Below, piece by piece: positions 34,847-46,443 of a stretch of DNA of 64,000 bases. A model generated the notes under the pieces. That model worked only from the letters and a program-made list of their open reading frames with translations. It made no database searches and was not told where the DNA came from. Every line of letters starts with the position of its first letter. The first letter of the stretch is position 1. Source of the stretch: Podospora anserina (lineage: Eukaryota); assembly GCA_017654855.1 (NCBI GenBank), contig CM030337.1, positions 930,001-994,000 of the forward strand, in the 5' to 3' direction. The position numbers and the translations under genes are program-made.

Positions 34847-35630
34847 TGGGGCAGGGGGTGGAAGAAAAGGAAAATAATAATAAAAAAATATAAAAAAATC
34901 AATGTGTGGGATTAGATGGCGTTGACAATACCATTTGAAAGAGGGTTGTTGGGTCATGGTGTTGGAAAAGGGGTGTATTATATGGTTTTTTTTTGTTTTT
35001 TTTTCACATGGCGTTTTGCGGGATTGGGGTGGAGTTTACATAAAATGGGGGTTTTAGCACAAGGAAAAAGGAGTCTGGGGGTGGGATCTGGTGATGATTT
35101 TTGTGGTGTTTCAAGGTCTGGGTCTGGTTCTGGGATTGGGAAAGAGGAGTTTAAAGATCTGGGTGGTTTCAGTGGGAATAAGGGGGGGTTGGCGCTTTTG
35201 TTTTTGTTTTGTTTTCATGTGCATCCTGGGAGGAAAGAGGATCTGGTTACTGGGGGGGAGTTGGGGGGCTCGCTTCTGAGGATTTTGGTTGTTGTTTTTC
35301 TGGCTGGGGAAATATGGGAAATAGGGGGAGGGGGATATTGTTACATTGTGGGATATTTTGTTGGAATAAGACAATGCATTATGAACAAGATAATGCGAGA
35401 ATACTCCGGCCGAGTCGTGAAATTTGATGTTGGTTTGGTGGTGATTTGGGTGGCTTTTGCGTTGGGGTGGATGGGGTTTGCGATATTTTTGTAGGGGTTT
35501 AAATGGACTTTGAACTTGAAGGCCTGAGAGGTGTTTGACTTGGTGAGAAAGAGGGTTTGAGGGCAAAGTTTTGGAGGGTTTAAGGGGCATTTTTATGTGT
35601 CCGAAGCTCCTTCTGTTGATCCGCATCAGC

Positions 35631-37332
35631 CTACGCCCCGTTGACGGCCCGGCTTCTCGCAATGCTAATCGTGAGCGCCGTGCGAGAAAGGGTAGCTTGC
35701 CGCAATGCTTGCTGCTGCAGCGCCGAGGAGGATGACAGTGCTCCTGCTGAGGAGGCTGACGGTGCTTCGACCGCTGTCTCTGTGGACCAGGAGGGCGTGG
35801 CTGTCGAGGAGCCCTCTGCCGGGTAAGCTAGTGGTAACATCAACCCTACTTCTATCAGTGAGAAGAGTGTTGTGGTATGGTCCGGAAGGCCTCTCTGTCA
35901 CTACTAACTAACTAAGATGACGCCAGCAGCGTCGACATCTCCACTCCCGCCCCTGCCAACCAGGCACATACCAGTCCCACCAAGACTGTAAGAACTAGGT
36001 CTTGATGTTGGGTTGGAGTCGATTTGGAGTTGGGTTGTATTTGGGACATGTTCATCCCAGCTTTTGAAGAGTTCATCCCAACATTGACATTGCGAATTGT
36101 AAGGGGACGCTGCCGAGAGAGACAGTGTTGTGAGGAGACGGTCTAGAGATTTGTTTGTGGACGCTTAAGGTTGGTTTGGAGACTGCTTGAGATTGGTGTG
36201 TAAACGCTTACAAATTGGTCTAAGCTTGAGCCAGCATGGTGGGCAGATGAAATTCTTAAACGCAAGGAAACGCTGATTTTTGTGTAATATCCTTGAGTGA
36301 ATGCTTTGTGTATTGGTGTGTAGACAGATGCTTGGTGTGGTGAGCAGGCGAAATGGAATCTCTGGCAGTAGTATACAACATGATCTGTAGTCTAGGCTGT
36401 AGGCGTAAGTGCTGAAGGTGGTGATGTTGCTGTTGAGGATATGGTGTTTCTGGCTGATGTGGTTGGCTTGGCTGATGGCTTTGTTTGTGTGACTAGAAAG
36501 TTATATCGGTGCTGAAGATAGGCGATCTATAGGTAACTGGGATGGAGAGTGAGGCCAGCCATGCTTGTGTTGAGATTGAGCACCAAAGACGTTGACCGTT
36601 GAGAAAGAGGACTCTAATTGTGGGCAAGAGGTTTTTGAAATGCTGGATAGTATTGCGAGTCTTTGAATTCGGTGGCAGTCTAAAAAGTGTGCACGTCGAA
36701 GCAAGCGACCTGCAGTACCCAGCAGATATTCTGGAGAGGAAACGCTGCTGTTCGTCGACGAACTTGGTGGAGCAGCGGTGCTGTTTGCTATGTCCTGGGA
36801 GGAGCCTCCCGCCTTAGATTCTAATAGTCCACCGCAAAGGCGGGAGGATATGCTAACTGCATGGAGTGGTTAGAGAGAACCCCATGTCTTGGTCATGATT
36901 TCGTAGACGATCATGATGCGGATCTTTGATGTAGTGATATATTTGGGGAAGTTGCCTGGATGGAAGAGGATATCCGGTAGTATTTTCCTGGCGGCCTCGT
37001 TCTTCAAAACCCAGTGGTATGTCCCAAATGTGATGATATTGTACGTACCCAATCTGGGGAAGTCTTCTTTGGCTTCGAAGAGGAGTTCAGGCAACATCTT
37101 ATAGCAAACCTTGTTTTGGATCACGCAGGCATAAGTCCCCAGGGTCAAATATTCTTATGGATGATATACTGGTTCTGTCCGAAGCAATTCTCTTACCCTT
37201 CTACTTAACTCGTTTGTTACAGCGGAGTAAAAAGGCTACACGTCCGTTAATAGGAGGATAATCTTGATGATCTTGGAATGGCTCTTTTGTTTGCCCTTTT
37301 TGAGGTTGAGCGATCTTTCTGGCGGGAAACAT
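35631..37332 (-). pseudogene. Probable pseudogene of an orphan protein with an internal ~38-aa repeat and a Q/H/P-rich tail
   Basis: ATG 37332 (GTCATG) MFPARKIAQPQ...; +1 frameshift at the T5 run 37233-37229; in-frame TAA 37157-37155; then repeat units TLGTYACVIQNKVCYKMLPELLFEAKEDFPR and TFGTYHWVLKNEAARKILPDILFHPGNFPK. Further broken frames follow. The 3' boundary is uncertain. Confidence 0.5.
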
Positions 37333-38779
37333 GACGATGGCAGGACGAGCTACTAAAGTAGACGATATTGAAATAAAGGAGAGGCCAGTCTCGATTAGTG
37401 AGCGGTATCGGGCATCGACAGAGCAACATTAAGTTCGATATCATGTGGGACAATAAAGCTTCGTTGGATTGGAGGTGAATTGTGAAAAGGGAAGATATCG
37501 GTAAGCATGGCATACTGAGCACTCCGTCTTTATATTATTCGTAGAGTGGGATATATAGTAATAAAAGGCAGGCAGTAGTGGGAATGTTGTGTAGGTAGGT
37601 GGTGGTGGATATTTAGAAGAGGGTGCCTGGGAAGATGGATAAGGCAAGAGGGGCATTGTCTTTGTCTTCATCTAATCATATCAAACACACTTGGTAAAAC
37701 TAAGATGGGAGGTAAATAACTAGTCGATATAGCAGGATCGTAAAACATTTTTTCTTTGGTAACAAATCACCCAAAACAGAACAGGACAGGTCTCTTTGAA
37801 CGTTTTGTCGGATATCTTCAACAGTAAATAGGTACATAGCAATTTCTATACTTGCTCTATTCTAGACATATCTAAACTGTGAAGAGGCCATATCACAAAT
37901 GATCCTCTTCACCACTGTCCCTATTAAAAGACGCTCAATCTTGGTAGGGAGATATTCCAATACCAAACAAAATCACACAATACAACACCCTCAAAGAAAC
38001 TCTAACCAAATCCACCACACAAAGACTGCCCAGTTCCCCTTAATAACAACAATCTCAGTCAAGTCTATTCACCTCTTTGTTACATCGCCAGCTCCAACCA
38101 TCTTCACCAATTTGATGCATGTCACTCAAATCACAGAAACCAACATTGATCTTCTTCAACAACATCGATAATCTTATTATCATTTTGCCCTCCCCCGAGA
38201 GGCCGCCCCCCAAACAACCCCTTTTCCCATATCTCATACATACGAAGGTATCATCAAGAAAGAAAGAAAAAAAACTCTAATTCATACAACAACCTCCCCC
38301 CCCTCCCCATTACGCAATGTGTGTGGTGTGTGTGTGAATAATGCAAGTCTTTTTCCCATCCCTCTTAACCCCCCTCCCCTTCCATAGAAAATGCCTTGAA
38401 AAACGCCCGCTTGCTTGCTTGCTTTTATTTCGTCCCATGCACCCAACCAATCCAGAATACAGATTATAAATAAATAAAAAACCCCCCGTCGTCCCCCCCA
38501 AACCACCCTTATGTATGCATGTTCATGTACCATACCATGCCCCATACCATGCCTGTGACCACGTGTGAATCATCAAAATCCGTTTGTTTGTTTATTGAGT
38601 GTTGATGGTTTTGGTTTTGCGTGAGCAAAATTCCAGCAAAAGTCACACACTCTGCCATGACTCGCTGGAACAAAAAAAATCTAAAAATGTCGACATAAAA
38701 AAAAACGTCGGGGTATTTGTTGAAAAAGTTTTGCGCAAAATAGAAAAAATGTGACGAGACTAAAAAGCTGTCTTGCCGT

Positions 38780-39658
38780 TCAATGCATCGATGGACGGGT
38801 AAGTTCCCGAGGACCCAGACTGAGAACCTTTTGCAAAAGACTCCGCTTGCCACCCTGCGCCCGGCGAAACTCTAGGTTAGAGCAGCAAGCCATGACACCG
38901 GGGGCCGCCGTCTTCTTGTTCAGCTCGGCTTCCCATCCATAAGGATCCTCATCAGGCGAGAGGCTGGGGGAGCGGTCGGGATCAAAAGACAGGCAGGAGC
39001 TGCGGTCGGATTCATCAGTGGGGCCTGCCGGTGACAGGTAGTGGGAAAAGTCCGTCATCGAGAGTCGCATGGACGAGTGCTTTGAGGACAAGGTGCTGTC
39101 GAGAGTGCTTTCCATGGATTCGTCCTTCAACTTGATGGCACCCTTGCTATCCGTGCCGCAACAGCCGTACATGGGGCTCACTGTCCGCGTGCTGTTGGTG
39201 GCAACGCAGTCCATCGATGGCACTTGGGGAGTGGCAGCCGGTGTAATCACGGGTGCGGCGCCGGATGTGGTGCTCTGAGGTCTGCAGCACATGTTGCTCT
39301 TGATCGAGCTGTCTTGGGGGTTCACGGGGATTTTGACCCGAACTCGGGGGCGCAAGAAGCGCCTCTTGGTGCCCATATTCCATCCGCGCGTCGGATATGG
39401 GACAAAACCTTTTGCGGCCATGCCGTTCTTGTGAAGCCCGCTACATTGCTGAGGAATACCAACACCCTGGCTAACGTTCCCCGTCGCGGGAACCGGAAAG
39501 CGCTTCCCTGGGTGCGGCTCCTCCCACTCGACCGACGAGCGCAGGGTCGATGAAATGGAGTGAACCTTTTCGTCGGAACCCGTCATTGTCTTGCCTGCTG
39601 GGGCATGTTGGTGGGAGGATGTAGCGGGGTCCTGTGGGATCGACACGACCTCTGTTTC
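38780..39658 (-). CDS. 292-codon in-frame continuation of the RGS gene beyond its UAG (readthrough/editing extension, or a separate ORF from ATG 39586)
   Basis: Minus strand reads GGC CTC TTA TAG GAA ACA GAG GTC GTG TCG..., open to TGA at 38782-38780. Coding-like codon usage; ordered-looking end EDPYGWEAELNKK...FRRAQGGKRSLLQKVLSLG. Confidence 0.75.
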   Translation of the reverse strand, partial: ETEVVSIPQDPATSSHQHAPAGKTMTGSDEKVHSISSTLRSSVEWEEPHPGKRFPVPATGNVSQGVGIPQQCSGLHKNGMAAKGFVPYPTRGWNMGTKRRFLRPRVRVKIPVNPQDSSIKSNMCCRPQSTTSGAAPVITPAATPQVPSMDCVATNSTRTVSPMYGCCGTDSKGAIKLKDESMESTLDSTLSSKHSSMRLSMTDFSHYLSPAGPTDESDRSSCLSFDPDRSPSLSPDEDPYGWEAELNKKTAAPGVMACCSNLEFRRAQGGKRSLLQKVLSLGPRELTRPSMH

Positions 39659-39672
39659 CTATAAGAGGCCGT
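39645..39672 (-). other. RNA hairpin presenting the RGS UAG stop in its loop (candidate A-to-I editing site at 39660)
   Basis: ACGGCCUCU-[UAUAGGAAAC]-AGAGGUCGU: 9-bp stem with one G-U pair; UAG in the loop. Confidence 0.7.
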
Positions 39673-40729
39673 TGCTCCCCTGAGCCGCGTCGCTCATCGG
39701 GTGGTCAAGGTCGACACCGGCCGAGGTTGGGTGGTCACGCTTGGCGCGGCCTCTGCGGCTCAGTCCAAGCTTCGCCCCCATCTTCTTCCAGCCGCTGTTG
39801 TGTGCGCTAATGGCCCGCTGAAGGCTGCCGGGGGACGTGTTGGCGAAGGCCCAGTCTGAGGTGGGCGGCGTGGTGGGTGGTGTCATCGGCTCGTTCGCGG
39901 ACGGCGAGGGCACGTTTCCACTGTCGTCGCTTAGTCCACCCTGCTCCATTGGGTCGCTGGATGACGACGCGGAGCTTTTGGGCTCGCTAGACCAGGCGAG
40001 GTTGAGCATGGGCAGAAAGGCTGACTTGGGTGACCGAATTGAGTCGTGTTCGCTGGAGGACGACGTCTCTCTTGGGATTCGCAGGCGTGACCGAAACAGC
40101 CTGGGATCATGCTCATGGCGGGGCTCCTCTTCATGCGGCGCCACCGACGCCAAGAAGGGGCCCAGCACCGAGTCGTTCATGAGCTCGTACACAATCTTGA
40201 CAGCCTCGTCCAGTTCGGATGGGTTCGGTGGGATGGGCACACAGGGAAGTGACAGCAACCGATCGCGTACGCGGGCGGGAAGGTTGACTTCGCGGATTCC
40301 ACAAGGCTGGATGAAGGTGTGCATCAGCTTCTGCCAGAGCAGGCAAATGTGCTCGCTGCCATCCCCGATGCTCGGCGGCCTTTCCCCGGTCCCTACAATG
40401 TTAGCGTACGCCGTCCTGTAGCGTTCGGCCTGCAATGTGAACTCGAGCGTCTCGAGGCAGTGGTTCTGCGACAGAAAAGCGGTAAAGGCGCCGAGCGTGT
40501 AGGGTGGCAGAGCGGTATCGGTCAGGATGTCTCTCAGCGATGGTGGAGAGGTCGGGTTTGTGGGTGCTGATGGTGGCATAAGGGCCACGCTGGAGGGTCG
40601 CGAGGTTGACATGATGGAGTCTCCGTCACCGCCTCTGAAGACGGCCGACGGTCTTGGTGTCAGTTCCTTGGGTGAATGTACTGGCGAAAGCAGTGTTGGT
40701 GAATGTGGTCGTAACCGGGAGCGGGTCAT
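39659..40729 (-). CDS. Regulator of G-protein signalling (single RGS domain, RgsA/Rgs2-like), 356 aa to the UAG
   Basis: RGS domain SLRDILTD...FTAFLSQNHCLETLEF...FIQPCGIREVNLPARVRD...DEAVKIVYELMNDSVLGPFL, followed by an S/P-rich tail. First in-frame ATG at 40729; the frame stays open upstream to ~41164 without an ATG. Confidence 0.92.
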   Translation of the reverse strand: MTRSRLRPHSPTLLSPVHSPKELTPRPSAVFRGGDGDSIMSTSRPSSVALMPPSAPTNPTSPPSLRDILTDTALPPYTLGAFTAFLSQNHCLETLEFTLQAERYRTAYANIVGTGERPPSIGDGSEHICLLWQKLMHTFIQPCGIREVNLPARVRDRLLSLPCVPIPPNPSELDEAVKIVYELMNDSVLGPFLASVAPHEEEPRHEHDPRLFRSRLRIPRETSSSSEHDSIRSPKSAFLPMLNLAWSSEPKSSASSSSDPMEQGGLSDDSGNVPSPSANEPMTPPTTPPTSDWAFANTSPGSLQRAISAHNSGWKKMGAKLGLSRRGRAKRDHPTSAGVDLDHPMSDAAQGSNGLL

Positions 40730-40746
40730 TGCTACCCGCGAATGGC

Positions 40747-40812
40747 CTATGGTTGTGTTGTCGAAAATGTTCCAGCTCTCTTCTTCTTCTTCTTCTTCTT
40801 CTTCTTCTTCAT
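40747..40812 (-). promoter_or_regulatory. uORF MKKKKKKKKKKRAGTFSTTQP* built on an (AAG)10 microsatellite, ending 17 nt before the RGS ATG
   Basis: ATG at 40812 directly followed by ten AAG codons; TAG at 40749-40747. It is assumed to lie within the transcript leader. Confidence 0.55.
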
Positions 40813-43800
40813 CCCTTCGCGTCCTAGACAAGGGCGGGCGCCACCATGAGTGATCGTTTGCCCGGGCTGCAGGGACTCGCAGAACGGCTTGTTTTGGAGC
40901 GAGTCGGCGCCCGATTCCCGCACAATGCAACCAATAACCTCCAGATGCGCCCAGGACAGGAACGGGAGAGCGCAGGAGAGGGCTCAAGCTGTGGTCGTCC
41001 AGGAGGTCCAGTCGCCGCGCTGTCGGGATTGCGTGTGTCAGGCTGTGGACGTCACCTAGCACGCATGCAGGTAACCGGTCGTGGAGCGGAGAAGGGCGCG
41101 AACGAGATGCGCAACTCAGCAATAACACGAGAGTGTGTATGTGAGAGAGAGCACACGGCAGCACAGCAGGGCAGAGCAGTTGGAGTATACAGAATCGATC
41201 GAAAGGATGGATGATATAATCGGGCGAGCGAGCGGGCGGGGGCGGGCGTATGTCTAGCTATCGCTTGTGGTTTCCTGACGTCCTTCTGTCGCACAAAGGG
41301 TGTTGACGTGTAAGTCAAGGGTCGGGTGGGGTGTGTGGAGTGGATTGAGCGGGCGGTGCAACTCGGTCAAAGAAGTCGTTGTCGTTGTTGTTTTTTGGTG
41401 ATGGGGAGGAGACGGCAGGTGTTGGCGTCGGGGGCCCACGGTTGGTTTTGTTTGTTGGAAAGGGTCCTGGGGGGGGGAAATGGGGATCAAACCGAAAGGG
41501 AAACCCGATAAAGGACGGCGACTGGACCGCCCAGTCTTTTAATGAGAAGGTAGCGCGGAGAGGGTGAGGGGGGAGGGTCACAGGAGGGTCACTGCGCTTC
41601 CCTGCTAGTGTAGTTCGACTGAAGAAGGGATGGGGTGGAATAGGTGGAATGGGTGGAATGAAAGGAATCCTGGAAGGAAGAGAGCCGCCGGGGGGAGGCA
41701 AGACAGGGGGGTCCCTCTACCTCTCCGTAATCGTTGCAACTCTATCACACAGAGACTGCCCCCAGGCCCCCCCCCCCATTCCTCTCGCTAAATCCGCCAA
41801 CTGTTCTGCCTATTGCCTCGCCATTCCCGATCCATCGATGGATGTGAGAATAGCACATGTCCAGGGTGGAGGATAATCCGTAGTGTACGGAGTAGAGACG
41901 AGTTCTCCATATCGATATGTCCCAAAGGACTAGCTAGAAGCAGTCATGCCACTCGGGCACCGGTTCGGGATGATGGCATCGCCGCCTAACGGGGGAGTCC
42001 CTTGAGACTGGTGATTGACCGTTTTCCGTTTCCAAACCTTCCCGTCCTCCCTCGCTCCCCTCGGCAGCAAAAAACACAACGGAGCAGACAGAGAAGAGAA
42101 AGAGAACAGCGAACGGGAGAGCGTCCCCAAGCCCGGCCGAGGAATGCAGCTAGCTGGGGGTGGGGTGTCGTGGGTGTGCACCGCCGAATGCTTCTAGAAG
42201 CCTTCGATCCCATCCTGTTCGAGGGGCGAATAACCACGCCGTACCCGATGCTCAGCCCAATCACACACAACGACCCTGCAGGCTTCGTCATGCCGTGGAC
42301 GACCTCATTCAGTTTGAATCTAATAGACTGAATACCACTGAATACCCACGTTACCTAATCTTGCATTCCAATACATCCATCCATCCATCCACTGGTGATG
42401 AAACGGCACAGCATCGGCCATGGGCATGCCATGGGACAAAATCAACCGCTTTTTCGGGCTCTGTGGCCCTCTCCCCTCCCCTCCACCGTACAGGAGCATC
42501 TATTCCTGTCTGGCCATCTAACTGATCGTCCGATTTCCTCAACCACAATCTCTCTCCCGCAATGCGACGAGTCGCACAAAGGTCTGAACATGGCACCCCT
42601 CGCCCGCAAAGGAGGCAAATCGCGGCTCTCAACATCACGGGCAGAGAGAGAGAAAAGAAAAAGCTATCAGGTTCGGGTGACGGATTTGTGCGGTCCACTT
42701 GATTGTCGCTTGGACCCCTTGGCAGTCAGGAACCCCGGCCAAGCAGACCAGCCAAGCACCCAAGACCAGCACCCAAGATGCCTGAGTCGTGCAGCTGACA
42801 GAATCCCCAGACTGCCAACTCAGGTGCTCCTCATCAGCCTGATTTGTCCTACGCATATCTAAGAAACCAACATCTCATCCATCTCCCAAAAACAACCTCA
42901 TCTCCCCAAAACCAATGCAAAAAGGGCCGCCCGACAGGCGATGAACCCCCCATGCCACTCGGTTCACCGGGCCCATTCCTGGCTCGGCAGTTGGCTAGGA
43001 ACCTGGATAAACCAATAGGATCAATACAAAGGCCGAGGGCTTGGCGATAGCAATCCATTCTCCTTCCCCTTCCGTCAAACAGCGGACAAGCACACCCAAT
43101 AATAAAAGAACAGGTAATCCTCAATGATTTGTTGTGTCTTGTCTTGCCTTGCCTATTGCTGATTGATGACTATTCTTTGCGGACGCGGCTGAATTACTAT
43201 AGATTCACCACCTTCATTCATCAGGGCCCTTGCCGGCCAGTTGTTTGTTCCTCTCCCTCTCGCCTCGTCCCGTCCTCGTCTCGAATTGCCAATGAGGCAG
43301 TTCGGTAACCAGGACAAAAAAAGAAAGGAATAAGGAACCAAAAGTTCTCGAAATTCCATGGATGGCTTCTTCACGTGATGCGATACGCCACCATCTCAAC
43401 TTCCTATCCACGGGAGGGGTGAACAGCGCAAACTTGCATATGAACATACATAGGCAGAAGACGCTTGAATCAAAACGGGTTTGCGATACGGAGGCTGGGC
43501 AGGTATTACGGGAAACTGTTGTGAATGCCATCACATCAGGGGTCATAGCACGCAGCCTGGGTGATCAAACCGGGTGTTCCTTCTTGATGCAAAAAGATAC
43601 TGAGATATGGGTGTAGTTGTCGTCCCAAGTCAGGAAAGCGCGCTGCATTTTTGTGTTTTAAAATTCCGAACCGTTTTCGCATATCTTGATCTTCCAGCAG
43701 CAGAAGAAACGACGCCATCTTTGGGGTCGGTTGAAATCAGCCCACCGGCCCGAAAGGTGGAGACCATCTCTTATCTTTGCGTCATTTGACACAATTATTA

Positions 43801-46443
43801 TTACCAGCGACATCTTGCTGGATGTCTGGGGTGTTCTCAGTATATGCCATCGACAAAAAAAGGAGGATGATCAGCGCACGGGGTATGGTGTGTGTGTTGT
43901 GTTTGACGACGTCAATATCACGGTACTATCCGTGTTGACATGGGATTTTTTTCTTTTCATTACGCGTACATAAACGCTACACTTGGTGGGGAGAGGGGCG
44001 AATTCCCTGACGTACAGTACGTTTTTCCGTTTGTGTCTAGAACTTCCCCTCTTTTTTTTGATCAAATCAAGGAGCGCAAAGGGCTTCTAGAAGGAAGCTA
44101 ATCAACGCTGTGCAACGGTCTGCTTTTCCGAACCAAGCATGGTGCAGTGTCGATCATCAGAGGCCTGCAGCCAGCAGCTTTCGAAGGGATGGATGCTGTG
44201 ATGGCATCGAACGATGGATGGGCAGATCCCCTATCGAGAGTTCAATTGGGGTATCTGCATAGAACATTCCACAGATTCCTTCCTTTTGGATCTTGGAGGA
44301 CTTTGGTTGGCTGGCTGAGGGCGGGAAGGTTGGAGTGAGTTGTCTTGTGTTTGCTATACATTGGACACCATCGAATGCGGGCTTGCGGCAGGGCCATGTT
44401 GTTTGTCAGCTCACTTTTCCTCAGAAGAAGCTTTTATTCTTTTTCTTTATTACACTTTGGGTTTTTCCTAGATTGCGATGCGTTACGCACTTTGCAACGC
44501 GACGCAGGTTGAATATGTTTCAAGATGCCACCATCCGCATCAGGCAAGGGTGGAACAAGTCCGGCCGTGTAGATTAATTCCAGAAGGTTTCTCTTTTTGG
44601 TGTCGGCCTCATTTGTGTTTGTTTTGTGCCTGTGTGTCTGTGCTTGTGTGCCAGTGCGTGCATGTGTGTGTGTGTGTGCCTATTCATCAATTTCAGTGGA
44701 TGGGAAGCTGCAGACGGACCTAAATGCATGAGCCATGCAGGTGCTGCAAGCCACATTTTCTGTTCGATGGTGAATGTGTGTGTGTGGCCGTTGCTGGCCA
44801 GTCATTGGGTTGTGGTGACGGCGAGGCCGTGATGGGAAGTCACGACCAAAGTTGAGTTGTGCGTGCCTTAATCCAACCCACCCACCTGCCACTTCTGCCT
44901 ATCCTATCAAAAGAGGGAGGGCTTTTCCAAACGTATGATTTGTTTGGGGGGGGGACCGGGCACTTTCCATTTTCCTTTTTTCACCAGAAAGCTGAGCAAT
45001 CATTCTATTTCAGCTCTCGCCCCGTTACGCATGCTCATACATATCACTATTTACACGTATTATTCCCTATTATGTCCGCACCTGATGTCTCTTGCCCCTC
45101 AAAGAAAGGAAGGTGACGAGTCAACCGCCCAAAATCTTCTTCATAATGACGAGTTTACCAGGATGCTATCCGATGCACGATACCTTTGACCATCCGACAC
45201 CGCTCATCCGCTCCGGTCATCGTCGGTGAGAGAGTCATCAGGTGAGCGAGAGTCCGATATCGTGGTTCACCTTGGAAAAATCGGGACGAAAGTTTATCAC
45301 CAACCTCATACCCCACCAATGCCAAGACATTCCAAAAAGTTTGGGTTGGGATTGCGGCTGGGGAAAGGAAGATCATCACCTTCTTTTCACCTTTCTTGCA
45401 TCTTTCCATATTCTCCGATCCAAGCCACCACCCTCTGAACGTGGCATGAATTTGATCAAAAGATGGAATTTCGAATGCTTGATTTCCAAGGCATGGGAAT
45501 GCTACGTTATCATCATCTTCTTTTTTACCCCTTCTGCTGCTGGAAAAAGCTGTCCGGGGTTTGGTGGAGAGTTTATCCACTTTTTGCCAGGGTTCTCCGG
45601 GGCTCAACCGACGAGGCTGTCAGGTTTCCGTTGACGAAATGAGGAGCTGAAAAGCAAGAGGAGTCCCCTTCCACTTCCGAGGCCGATGATTGCCTTGAAG
45701 ATCCGAAAGGGTGTTTCCCTTGGCCTGGGGTCACCGCCGCTATTGCCGCCTTTTCTTCACCTACCTTTGCCTTGCCTCGCGCGCTCGCCGACGGGATTTT
45801 CACTACTACGTGGTATTTTTCTCTTCTTAGCAAGTGCGAAGAAGGAGAAACTCTCGCTCTCTCGCCTTTTTTTTGTTTTGTTGTGTCAGTCAGATCCGAT
45901 GGTCACGAGCTTGTTGGTGGCTTGTGGGAAGGATTTTATTCTTCTGGGTTGCTGGGGTTTCAGCGAGACGGAGGATTTTGTTCTTTTTTCCCATGGTGGC
46001 GAGGCAAGTCGTGCTGAGCCGTTGGCTGACGTTACCGATACCAAGAGCCTCGGGACAGGCCGAGGAGATTTGCGGTGATCCCGCGTTGGGTTTTTTTTTT
46101 GGGCCCCTGTTGGCTTCGGTGGTAACCTACTTTTTCTATTTCCGCTTTCTAATTCTCGATCTCTTCTTTTTTTGGACACGCTAATACACTAACCTACGTG
46201 CCAACATGCCGAGTTGTTTGGAAGTCTTCTTCTTTGAGAAACGGATGATGTGTTGTTTTTCGTTAGCACGTTAAGGCATCCACTATGAGCCCCAGCCTTT
46301 TGATTTTTACCCGGCTGCCGAAGCGCTATCGATTGCTTGGGACGTTGGAAGCTGTCGAAGAAGGAAACGGCCTTTCCCTTTTTTGCCTTGCGCCTGGTGG
46401 CGGTTGCATGTTCCCTTTCAGCTGGGCCAAGCCTTGTGAGGCT

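Noticed and set aside
31196-34957. Long antisense ORFs over the protease (also over DDHD, the AT-hook gene and GUT2, e.g. 61885-63096)
   Set aside because: Shadow ORFs caused by biased codon usage on the coding strand; L/P/H-rich with no motifs.
34847-35494. 192-codon ORF in frame behind two TAGs after the protease stop
   Set aside because: Low-complexity G/T-rich 3'-UTR sequence with poly-A/T runs; needs two recoding events and has no hairpin context.
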